A stretch of DNA of 32,000 nt from Desulfobacterales bacterium (GCA_963675725.2 CAXXXZ010000002.1:1839459-1871458); one strand, 5' to 3'; positions 8,332 to 16,440 are shown, numbered from the stretch's first letter. Made by a program: numbers and translations. The notes: generated by a model from the letters alone, not told the origin.

Positions 8332-9495
8332 ATGACCTATATCAAAAGAGATCTGGAGAATTATCTCCAATACATGTCGGAAAAATTTCCTGTCGTTACC
8401 GTGACAGGCCCCAGGCAGTCAGGCAAATCCACGTTGGTTCGTCATGCATTTCCGGATAAGCCCTATATCTCATGTGAAGATCCAGACGTTCGGATGTTTG
8501 CCGCAAAGGATCCCAGGGGGTTTCTGCAAACCTACCAGAATGCGGTAATTGATGAAGTACAGAAAGTGCCCCAGATTTTTTCATATATTCAAACCCATGT
8601 GGACAGGACAGATGATCCCGGCCAGTTTGTTCTCACCGGATCCACTGATTTTCTATTAATTGAAAAAATTACCCAGTCCCTTGCTGGTAGAACGGCGGTT
8701 TTAAGGCTTTTACCGTTTGCATTGAACGAAGTCCATGGCATGCAGGGATTCGAACGTTATGAAGACTACCTGTTTAACGGATTTTACCCAAGGCTGTATA
8801 AAATGAACATCCCGCCGAAAGATTTTTATCCTGGCTATGTGCAGACCTATATTGAAAGAGATGTGAGGGCGATTAAAAATATTTCAAATCTGGGACAGTT
8901 CCAACTGTTTCTAAAAATGTGTGCAGGCCGCACCGGCCAGCTTCTGAACCTGTCGTCCCTTGGCAATGAATGCGGAATTTCCCATACCACGGCAAAATCA
9001 TGGATTGCTGTTCTCCAGGCAAGCTACATTGTTTTCCTGCTGAACCCACATTTTGAAAATTTTAATAAAAGACTGGTTAAAATGCCCAAACTGTATTTTT
9101 ATGACCCTGGTCTTGCAGCATATCTGCTTGAAATTCATTCGGTTTCCCAGCTTCAAACCCACTATTGCAAAGGCGCGTTGTTTGAATCCATGATCATCTG
9201 TGACATCATCAAGCAGAATTTCAACCAGGGTAAACCTGGAAATTGCTATTTCTGGAGGGATAAAAACGGCAATGAAATCGACTGCCTGGTGGACAAAGGG
9301 AATGTTTTTACGCCTATAGAAATTAAATCAGGCAAAACCATTGCCTCTGATTATTTTAAAGGGATTGATTATTTTGTAAAAGCAGCCGGGAAAAAATCGT
9401 CAAAACCCTACTTGATTTATGGGGGAACAGAACAACAGCATCGGACGAATGCTCAGGTTATTCCTTGGAACAGGTTGGAACAGTTGGCTCTTTGA
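8332..9495 (+). CDS. AAA-type ATPase with DUF4143 domain
   Basis: 387 aa with Walker A GPRQSGKST. Overall layout is typical of AAA_14 + DUF4143 proteins. Confidence 0.8.
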   Translation: MTYIKRDLENYLQYMSEKFPVVTVTGPRQSGKSTLVRHAFPDKPYISCEDPDVRMFAAKDPRGFLQTYQNAVIDEVQKVPQIFSYIQTHVDRTDDPGQFVLTGSTDFLLIEKITQSLAGRTAVLRLLPFALNEVHGMQGFERYEDYLFNGFYPRLYKMNIPPKDFYPGYVQTYIERDVRAIKNISNLGQFQLFLKMCAGRTGQLLNLSSLGNECGISHTTAKSWIAVLQASYIVFLLNPHFENFNKRLVKMPKLYFYDPGLAAYLLEIHSVSQLQTHYCKGALFESMIICDIIKQNFNQGKPGNCYFWRDKNGNEIDCLVDKGNVFTPIEIKSGKTIASDYFKGIDYFVKAAGKKSSKPYLIYGGTEQQHRTNAQVIPWNRLEQLAL

Positions 9496-9507
9496 TTTGC
9501 CGCCGTT

Positions 9508-9568
9508 GTTCTCACGCCCGCTCGAAGTCTCGTAAACTCGCTTATCTCGCTCAAGCCGCAAAGACGCA
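9508..9568 (+). repeat. Element A (right half, long variant)
   Basis: gttctcacgcccgctcgaagtctcgtaaactcgcttatctcgctcaagccgcaaagacgcag. It supplies the last 9 codons and the stop of the truncated ORF at 9541-9690. Confidence 0.65.
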
Positions 9569-9690
9569 GGTAGATGTTAAACGACCGAGTTCGTAAAGCT
9601 TAACTGCAAGGGCGATCTTGGCCTCCTGTTCAAATATTTCAGGGCTGATATTAAGAACGGCCGGTATGGCCTCCGGATATTCTATTTCTA
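9541..9690 (-). pseudogene. UPF0175-family antitoxin, C-terminally truncated
   Basis: MKTIEIEYPEAIPAVLNISPEIFEQEAKIALAVKLYELGRLTS then runs into element A. The expected C-terminal HTH and the downstream toxin are missing. This ORF is below the track cutoff. Confidence 0.55.
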
Positions 9691-9830
9691 TAGTTTTCAT
9701 GATGTCGCCTCACTGTATCTAATGGTCTTTGCGACAATATTAACATTTTTACTTGTGCAAGGACAAGCCGAATCCTTTAATTGCCATATTCGTTGTTTAG
9801 TATTTATTTTAATTTAAGATACTAACCATC

Positions 9831-9945
9831 TGTCTTTCCGTTAATTCTGAATGTTGAATTTTGAATTAAGGTAGTTGTCCAATTTTATAACGACGGGCTT
9901 CTTCTGTTTCAACAATTCAAAATTCATAACTCACAACTCACAATT
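9831..9945 (+). repeat. AT-rich hairpin element X
   Basis: A 12-bp perfect stem, gaattttgaatt (9856-9867) with aattcaaaattc (9914-9925), around a conserved 46-nt loop (aaggtagttgtccaattttataacgacgggcttcttctgtttcaac). Confidence 0.75.
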
Positions 9946-10073
9946 GTCTTTTGGCCAGTCACTGATCACTGCTAACTGTTCACTGCCCAATCATTACTCA
10001 TCACTCATCACTCATCACTTTTTCCCTGATCCCTTGCCCTTTTCAGTTCACAGATCACAGTTCACGGCACTTA

Positions 10074-10093
10074 TTCTGTCAAGAATGAAGACC
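10074..10093 (+). repeat. 20-bp terminal box (copy 4)
   Basis: Sequence ttctgtcaagaatgaagacc, preceded by cacggcacttat. Confidence 0.8.
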
Positions 10094-10195
10094 TGATGAA
10101 CCTTCTTACACCTTTGATAACTCATTATTTTTTAGTGCGTAAAGTCGAGTAGACCGGCTTCTTCTATGATGACAACACGTTAACACCCAGTCTTT

Positions 10196-12129
10196 TATTG
10201 ACGCCTTGCCGCACGCGGCTACTACGTGGCTGCCGTTTTCGCCTTGCCTTCACCGTTGTCACCGGCCCCTCTCAGAACCGTGCTTGCGCTATTTACGCAC
10301 ACGGCTCCTCACACGGTCAATTCACCGAGAAGCCAAACATGCTGACCCTGATCCGTGGTTTCGGTAAAGGAAATCGCTTCAGCATTTCATTGAACCTTTC
10401 CCAATTGAGACTGTTTCTCTTCCCCCTACGGTTCAGCCACTTAAACAGCAGCTTTTTCACTTCCCATTCAAACCGCACGATTCCGCGCAGATTGTCGGTT
10501 ACACCGTAGTAGTTATAATGACCTCTCAATTTGGCTTTTACGATTTCCCAAAGCTCCTTGGTCTTCATGGTCCTGGCCTTCATCAGCCATTCCTTGAAGA
10601 TCTTGAGCTTGGCAGTAAACTTCTTGCGGGCTGTCACCCGTTTCATCCGAAACCCTTTGCCATCCTTTCTTGTTCCGCAATAATGAGTCAGGCCCAGAAA
10701 GTCAAATGTTTCGGCCCTTGTCCCTCTTCTTTTGGCATTCTGGATGGCAAACCTCCCAAACTCCATCACTTTGGTCTTGGTCGACTCCACCTCAAGCCCG
10801 AACTTGCCCAGCCGTTTCCCGAGTTCTTCGCGAAACCGTTCCGCGTCCGGCTTGTACTGAAAGCAGACAACGAAATCATCGGCATACCGGATTATCCGGG
10901 CATAGCCCATACAGCTCTTGCGGTAAACCTTCTCAAACCACAGATCAAGGGCATAATGCAGATAGATGTTTGCCAGTAGTGGCGAAATGACCCCACCTTG
11001 CGGTGTGCCCTCGTCACTGACTGTTACACTCCCATCCTCCGCCACCCCTGCCCTGAGGAAACGCTTCACCATGCGTTGAATTCTCTTGTCCTCAACCCGG
11101 TGTGCCAGAAATTTCATCAGCCATCCCTGGTTCACATTATCAAAGAAGCCTTTAATGTCAGCCTCGACAATGTGGTTTACCGGATTGTTCTCCACCGCCT
11201 CGCTCAGTGCCCTGAGTGCTTTATGGCAGCTTCGCGATGGTCGGAACCCGTAGGAATCTTCTATGAAATCCTGCTCGTACACGGATTCCAGTATTCGAAC
11301 AAGGCCTGCCTGGACAAGTTTGTCTTCAAAACTCGGTATCCCCAAGGGACGTTGTTTGGTGCTGCCCGGCTTTGGAATATATTTTCGCCGGACAGGTTGC
11401 GGTTTGTACGCCATCCGGTGCAACCGACCTGTCAGGTCTGACAGATTGGCCTCCAGATTCTCGGCGTACATATCTTTGGTCATTTTGTCGATGCCGGCGG
11501 CTGCATCCTTCCTCAGCCGCTTAAAGCATCCCCGTAACAGCTCCTCATTCATCAGATGATACAGACTGGTGAACTTGAATCTCGGCTCCTTACGGGCCTT
11601 CTCTGCTATGCGGTGCAGTTTCGTTACCACCGGTCCCCCACTTCTGCGAATGGCCGATGTTTCCTCACTCCGCGCTCCCATGTGTAGCCTCCTTCCCTCC
11701 AGCAGCATTACCCGCCTTCACTGGTACTATGAGGCTATCCGACTCCCTGTGCCTCATTTGCCTTCCTCCCTCTTCAGTTGTCCGGCATACTCTCTCAAAT
11801 TCGAGAGAGACACAGGGCCTCCCGGGTTGCCGTGTAATCATAATGTCAGACATGCCATGGTCTCTGACCCCGGGGAAGCAGCCGTCACCTTGCCTTTAGC
11901 GGTGATGTCTGTGTTGACTTCCAGTCCTTGAACAATGTCGTCCTTCCCATCGCGTCAATTACGGGGCTCAGTCCCTTCAACCTTCCGGCTTACGGCCTAT
12001 CTGCTCGCTATCCTACGCTTAAAGCTCTATGTTACCATACAGCCTCCAAGGACTCGCTACCCGGTGGCTGGCCTGCCTTCCGGGACGGGCTTCTCACCCG
12101 CTGGACTACTCGACCTTGCCCGGCCGCAC
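10196..12129 (-). mobile_element. Group II intron 2 (~1.93 kb, class C-like size)
   Basis: The 5' end GUGCGGCCGGG starts at 12129, directly after the vapC stop codon. Canonical domain V at 10274-10306 (gagccgugugcguaaauagcgcaagcacgguuc). The 3' end is approximate (+/-5 nt). Confidence 0.8.
10317..11708 (-). CDS. Group II intron reverse transcriptase/maturase (no En domain seen)
   Basis: RPLGIPSFEDKLVQ, TPQGGVISPLLANIYL, IRYADDFVV and the maturase motif LRGHYNYYGV. Confidence 0.9.
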   Translation of the reverse strand: MLLEGRRLHMGARSEETSAIRRSGGPVVTKLHRIAEKARKEPRFKFTSLYHLMNEELLRGCFKRLRKDAAAGIDKMTKDMYAENLEANLSDLTGRLHRMAYKPQPVRRKYIPKPGSTKQRPLGIPSFEDKLVQAGLVRILESVYEQDFIEDSYGFRPSRSCHKALRALSEAVENNPVNHIVEADIKGFFDNVNQGWLMKFLAHRVEDKRIQRMVKRFLRAGVAEDGSVTVSDEGTPQGGVISPLLANIYLHYALDLWFEKVYRKSCMGYARIIRYADDFVVCFQYKPDAERFREELGKRLGKFGLEVESTKTKVMEFGRFAIQNAKRRGTRAETFDFLGLTHYCGTRKDGKGFRMKRVTARKKFTAKLKIFKEWLMKARTMKTKELWEIVKAKLRGHYNYYGVTDNLRGIVRFEWEVKKLLFKWLNRRGKRNSLNWERFNEMLKRFPLPKPRIRVSMFGFSVN

Positions 12130-12573
12130 TCAAGGTTTGACACCGAGCCCTTTAAAGAGGCCCTCGCATGGCAGGCCAAGGGCGTTTGCAGAATCGAGTA
12201 GTTGGTGATCAGAGGTAAATAGTGTCAGCTGCTCGTTGGAGGCTACGGCAAGATGCAGTGCACCCAATGTCCTTAATGGCGTATTGAATAGAGCCAGCCA
12301 CCCTCTTGCAATTCGCCAATGTTGGATTTCAATCGGAATGACCTGGAAAAGATCGGCGGTCATATGAGACTGGAATTTTGATAAAATACGGTTTCCATCT
12401 GCATGAGTTAATTCACCCATTCTCACCTTTTTGGATATGGCTGAAAACAGTTCGACATCGGTGAGATTGCTGATGGCGGGACGAACTTGAGCGGATAGAA
12501 AGGCCTGAGCTTTTTCACTTAAGATTTCTGGGCAATAATAGGCGGCCAATACGCTTGTATCGATGTAATACAT
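12130..12573 (-). CDS. vapC: PIN-domain toxin VapC
   Basis: MYYIDTSVL.. (first acidic residue) and ..LFTSDHQL (last). Its ATG overlaps the stop of the upstream Phd-like gene. Confidence 0.8.
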   Translation of the reverse strand: MYYIDTSVLAAYYCPEILSEKAQAFLSAQVRPAISNLTDVELFSAISKKVRMGELTHADGNRILSKFQSHMTADLFQVIPIEIQHWRIARGWLALFNTPLRTLGALHLAVASNEQLTLFTSDHQLLDSANALGLPCEGLFKGLGVKP

Positions 12574-12806
12574 CAGTAACGTTCTTCTTTTCTGGCTTGC
12601 GCAACAGCGTCACTTAGTCCTTTTCCCTTTACCGAAATGGAGGATCGAAATCGGCTTAGATCAGGCAGCCGCTTAAGGGCGTTATTTAATGGGACCAATC
12701 TGGCAACCCTTTTTCCTCGTCGCAGAATTACAATTTCCTCACCTTTTTCAGTTCTATCTAAAAGTGAACTGAAATTTCTTCTTGTTTCCTTAACACTGAT
12801 TTCCAT
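12573..12806 (-). CDS. Phd/YefM-family antitoxin
   Basis: MEISVKETRRNFSSLLDRTEKGEEIVILRRGKRVARLVP is a typical Phd/YefM N-terminus. An alternative upstream ATG lies at 12839. Confidence 0.75.
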   Translation of the reverse strand: MEISVKETRRNFSSLLDRTEKGEEIVILRRGKRVARLVPLNNALKRLPDLSRFRSSISVKGKGLSDAVAQARKEERY

Positions 12807-13396
12807 AATCGGATACCTCACAATGGTGATTATGTTCAAGTGTACACTTTAACTGATGTTGTGTCCACAATAAAATCGTTACATATTGTTACTATCCGTA
12901 ATTATAATCGAAATATTTGAATTCCGACTAAACTATTTTGTACATAACTCAAAATTCAAAATTTATAAGCTTCTCTACATACTTGTAACTGACTTCGCTC
13001 GTTGAAGTCATGTCCGTTGATCAAACTGGCCGCTTCGGCAACCAGCGGCGGGGCTGACTTCCGACCTCCGATCTCCAATCTCTGACTTCTGATTTCCGGT
13101 TTCATATTTCTGCATACCGACCTATTACCGAGAAGTTCACGAAGCACGAAGGAACAACAATTCAAAATTGTAGTTAACTGCCCTCCGACCTCTGACCTCT
13201 GATTTCTGCTTACTGTAGTTACTGTTCACCGTTCACAGATCACAGTTCACGGTAGTTATTCACAGTTCACTGCTTTTCAATCGCCTTAACGCCCTCACGA
13301 CTCACGCCTGACGGTCGTTAAGCCCTCCGACCTCTAACTTATATTCATTATTCAAAACTCACAATTCAAAATTGAAGCACCACCCTCCGTCATTGC

Positions 13397-13425
13397 TTGA
13401 CAATCTACTGAAATTGTAATAAATT
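13397..13425 (+). promoter_or_regulatory. Sigma70-like promoter of MNT-HepT unit
   Basis: cattgcTTGACAatctactgaaattgtaATAAAT. The same ~35-bp module recurs at 23723-23757. Confidence 0.55.
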
Positions 13426-13451
13426 TTAGGAAAAATGTTTAGGAATACCCT

Positions 13452-13745
13452 ATGGACCAGGAAGCTATTTTAAAAAAGTTACTAAAACATCAGACAGAGT
13501 TGACGTCTCGTTATGAGGTGGCCTCCCTATCGCTCTTTGGTTCTACGGCCCGTGGTGAATCAACTGCAAAAAGCGATATCGATATCCTTGTAACCTATAA
13601 AAACACCCCCGGAATTTTAGGTTTTCTTGAGTTGAAGGTGTATTTGGAAGATCTTTTTCAATGCCATGTCGATCTCGTTACTAAAAATGCTCTAAAAAAA
13701 CAGTTGCGCACCAAGATTCTTCAGGAGGCAATCCATGCCTTCTAG
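13452..13745 (+). CDS. MNT-type nucleotidyltransferase (type VII antitoxin MntA-like)
   Basis: LFGSTARGESTAKSDIDILV (GS-x9-DxD) nucleotidyltransferase motif. Overlaps the downstream DUF86 gene. Confidence 0.85.
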   Translation: MDQEAILKKLLKHQTELTSRYEVASLSLFGSTARGESTAKSDIDILVTYKNTPGILGFLELKVYLEDLFQCHVDLVTKNALKKQLRTKILQEAIHAF

Positions 13746-14061
13746 AGATTGGCAGTTCCGAATCGATGATATCATCGAAGCAATAGAGAAAATCGAGCGA
13801 TATACCAAAAATCTCGATTTTGATTTATGGTGTCAGGATGAAAAAACCGTTGATGCCGTCATTCGCAATATCGAAATTATTGGTGAGGCATCTGCGCACT
13901 TACCCGATGAAGTTTATAAACAATTCAATGATGTGCCTTGGCACATGATGAGGGCCATCCGGAATATACTGATTCATGAATATTTTGGAGTGGATTTAGA
14001 AATTATTTGGAAAACGGTCAAGGAAGACCTACCGGATTTAAAAAAACGGTTGTTAAAATAA
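13735..14061 (+). CDS. HepT/DUF86 HEPN-domain toxin
   Basis: RNILIHEYFGVD contains the Rx4H HEPN motif. 108 aa, overlapping the MNT gene by 11 nt. Confidence 0.85.
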   Translation: MPSRDWQFRIDDIIEAIEKIERYTKNLDFDLWCQDEKTVDAVIRNIEIIGEASAHLPDEVYKQFNDVPWHMMRAIRNILIHEYFGVDLEIIWKTVKEDLPDLKKRLLK

Positions 14062-14264
14062 CATTTTTTTCTTTGTTCATTCAAAATTCATAATTCAAAA
14101 TTGTACTCAATCGCTCTCACGCCTCACGGTCGTCTTAATCTCATCACTCATCACTCATTACTCATCACTTTTCCTCTGTCCTCCGACCTCTGACTTCCGC
14201 TCTCACGACTTACGCCTTACGGTCGTTCGGTCCTCCGATCTCTGACTTCTGATCTCTGTCTTTC

Positions 14265-14284
14265 TTTTGTCAAGATTCAAGACC
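14265..14284 (+). repeat. 20-bp terminal box (copy 5)
   Basis: Sequence ttttgtcaagattcaagacc, followed by tga as in copies 4 and 7. Confidence 0.75.
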
Positions 14285-14319
14285 TGATATTCATATAAAG
14301 GTCGAAGGGAAATTGGCCG

Positions 14320-14637
14320 TTTTAATGGGGAACGCTGTCCCCCAAACCCCCTGGGATTTACCGCTTTATGGGCTTCCAGATGGGAATGCTAATAGATGCC
14401 ACCAACACGCTGATGGCCCCCCCATCTGTATAGCCGCCTGCAATGGCGCTCGGGTCGCTTCCCAGCGTTGCCCTATCCTCCATACAGGTAAGTGGATTAT
14501 GTCAGCCAGGGTGCTTATATCAAGCACGAAAAACGGTTGATTCTACAATAAAAAAGTGACACCTCCCTAACCATAGCGGGAAACTATGGTACCAGTGCGC
14601 ATGGCGCAACAACGTTGATGGTTTTAGGAGGTGTCAA
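14320..14637 (+). ncRNA. Structured 5' non-coding region of IS110-family element (bridge-RNA candidate / leader)
   Basis: Nested stems: ggggaacgctg (14327-14337) with cagcgttgccc (14463-14473); cagatggg (14377-14384) with cccatctg (14421-14428); accatag/ctatggt (14570-14590). In addition, tgacacctcc (14557-14566) pairs perfectly with ggaggtgtca (14627-14636) and covers the RBS. Confidence 0.4.
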
Positions 14638-15657
14638 ATGAAAACATACGCAGGAATCGATCTTCATTCAAGCAATAGTTTTATCGGGATTATCGACGAA
14701 GATGACAAACGGCTATTTAAAAAACGACTGCCAAACAAAATGGATGATATTTTGACGGCACTCTCACCATTCAAAGAGACCATGGATGGGGTCGTAGTTG
14801 AATCCACCTACAATTGGTATTGGCTTGTAGACGGGCTTCAAGAAGAGGGGTACAAAGTCCACTTGGCAAACCCTTCAGCCATGAAGCAATATGAGGGGTT
14901 GAAGCATACCGACGATCAATCGGATGCCTTCTGGCTCGCCCACATGGAAAGACTTAATATTCTCCCCACAGGATACATCTATCCAAAAGAGGATCGGCAC
15001 GTTCGAGACCTTCTCAGACGACGGCTACTATTCGTCAGGCACCGGACTGCACACATTCTGAGTTTTCAAAGTATGATGACCCGCAATCTTGGTTATAAGA
15101 TCTCGAACAATGATATCAAGAAACTCAAGGAAGAGAACGCCGCAGACCTTTTTGAATCACCAAACCTGGTTGCCATGGCGCAAAACAGCATTAGCACCAT
15201 TGAGTTTTTAAAGCATGTGATCAAGGGCATTGAAAAGACGGTGGCTTCCCAGGTCAAAATGCGCAAGGAGTTTGAAATGCTGCTGACAACCCCAGGCATT
15301 GGTATGATCCTTGGCTTGACCATCATGCTTGAAGTCGGAGATATCAGTCGTTTCCATTCAGTCGGTAACTACTCCTCATACTGCCGATGTGTTGGAAGTA
15401 AAAAAACTTCCAACGGGAAGAAAAAGGGAGAGAACAATAAAAGAAACGGAAACAAGTATTTGGCCTGGGCCTATGTGGAAGCCGCGAATTTTGCAGCACG
15501 ATATTGCAAATCCGCCCAGAGATTTTATCAGCGAAAGATGGCCGAGAAAAACGGAATCGTTGCGACAAAGGCGCTCAGCAATAAAATATGCCGAGCGTCT
15601 TACTATATGATGCGGGATCATGCACCGTTCGATGAAAGCAATCTTTTCCGATCATAA
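14638..15657 (+). CDS. IS110-family transposase/recombinase
   Basis: 339 aa. N-terminal AGIDLHS.. (DEDD RuvC-like domain) and C-terminal TTPGIGMILGLTIMLEVGDISRF (Transposase_20-type HhH). Confidence 0.85.
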   Translation: MKTYAGIDLHSSNSFIGIIDEDDKRLFKKRLPNKMDDILTALSPFKETMDGVVVESTYNWYWLVDGLQEEGYKVHLANPSAMKQYEGLKHTDDQSDAFWLAHMERLNILPTGYIYPKEDRHVRDLLRRRLLFVRHRTAHILSFQSMMTRNLGYKISNNDIKKLKEENAADLFESPNLVAMAQNSISTIEFLKHVIKGIEKTVASQVKMRKEFEMLLTTPGIGMILGLTIMLEVGDISRFHSVGNYSSYCRCVGSKKTSNGKKKGENNKRNGNKYLAWAYVEAANFAARYCKSAQRFYQRKMAEKNGIVATKALSNKICRASYYMMRDHAPFDESNLFRS

Positions 15658-15661
15658 TCTT

Positions 15662-15959
15662 GGGTGTTTGGGGGAACCGGACAAGGGGTTGGCATCAACC
15701 ATGAGGTTTGATTGGAAGCCCAAACACCCGACTCAAATAAGGATCATAGAATGCAATAGAAAAACCAAACAGTTTGGATGCGGCGGTTAACCAGTAACGG
15801 GGTTGGCATCAACCATAAGATCTGATTGGAAACTGCCGCATCCATCCAATGGAGAAAGAATGCAGTAATAACTTGGTTCGCCCATGCTGTGAGCCGTTAC
15901 GGGGCTGGTTAACAACCACAAGATTTGTAACAAATATCAATTGGACACGGTATGGAACC
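15662..15959 (+). ncRNA. Three tandem hairpin modules downstream of IS110-family transposase (bridge-RNA candidate)
   Basis: Module A: stem gggtgtttggg/cccaaacaccc (15662-15729). Module B: stem tggatgcggc/gccgcatcca (15775-15844). Module C is weaker (15875-15959). The stems are unrelated in sequence, but the loops share ggggttggcatcaaccatRagRtYtgattggaa. Confidence 0.4.
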
Positions 15960-16221
15960 GACGAATTTCTGGGGCCTGAAAGGGCCAGGGGCAGTGCGTT
16001 AAGCTGTGGGCCTAACGCACCTGAAATGCCTTGATCCGGATGGGTGACTGGTGCGGATCTTAAATGACCGTTAACCGCAAAGAAGAAGCAACGGGTGCAA
16101 ACCGGTATTACAGCAGAAATCTCCGTAAGAAATTTAGGTCAAGTGAAAAAGAATATTTTTTACACGGGGAGGTGTTTTTTCTCTTGACCGGACCTTTAAT
16201 GGGTGACACCCTTGTTTTAAC

Positions 16222-16440
16222 TCTGTACAAATCGTGAACTGTGAATAGTGAACGACTGGTAACTGTTTAAATGTTGAAAGCGTCCCCACGATTGTTAAAA
16301 TCCGTGAGGGCGTAAGTCGTTAGTCGTAAGGGGTGGGCGTTGCTGTTCCGCTCTCTCGCCCTAACGCTCTCCCGCCTTCCGGTCGTTACATCGTCCGTCG
16401 GTTTTTACTGTTCACCCATCACTGATCACAGATCACCGCA
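16222..16440. repeat. Palindromic mosaic block P1
   Basis: The left arm has inverted motif classes (gtgaactgtgaatagtgaac; cgtgagggcgtaagtcgttagtcgtaagg). The right arm has forward classes (ccctaacgctctcccgccttccggtcgtta; ctgttcacccatcactgatcac). The core 16273-16355 is conserved with 29583-29656. Confidence 0.6.

Larger units (their letters stand above)
14288..16215 (+). mobile_element. IS110-family insertion sequence (ends approximate)
   Basis: A DEDD-type transposase flanked by ~350 nt (5') and ~550 nt (3') of structured non-coding sequence. It sits between box 5 and a palindromic mosaic block. No classical terminal IRs, as usual for this family. Confidence 0.6.

Noticed and set aside
9875-10096. 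ORFs lying wholly in mosaic blocks (also 1719-2009, 12956-13165, 16340-16522, 18825-19040, 29577-29822).
   Set aside because: They are translations of short-period repeat motifs (e.g. ..SLITHH.., ..FTVHRS..). The frames are not conserved between copies of the same block.
13281-13330. TTAACG...CGTTAA and CTAACGACC...GGTCGTTAG short hairpins (also 25466-25505 and 29655-29700) considered as canonical integron attC sites with R''/R' cores.
   Set aside because: The hairpins are only ~40-45 nt, and the inner L-box pairing is poor. The sequences are mostly direct, not inverted, repeats of CTCACG/CTTACG. The cores are not conserved between blocks, and many blocks lack them. They cannot be called attC from sequence alone.
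14313-14540. A 75-aa ORF upstream of the IS110-family transposase.
   Set aside because: It has no RBS and no family resemblance. The region shows nested complementary stems that are better explained as structured non-coding RNA or leader sequence.
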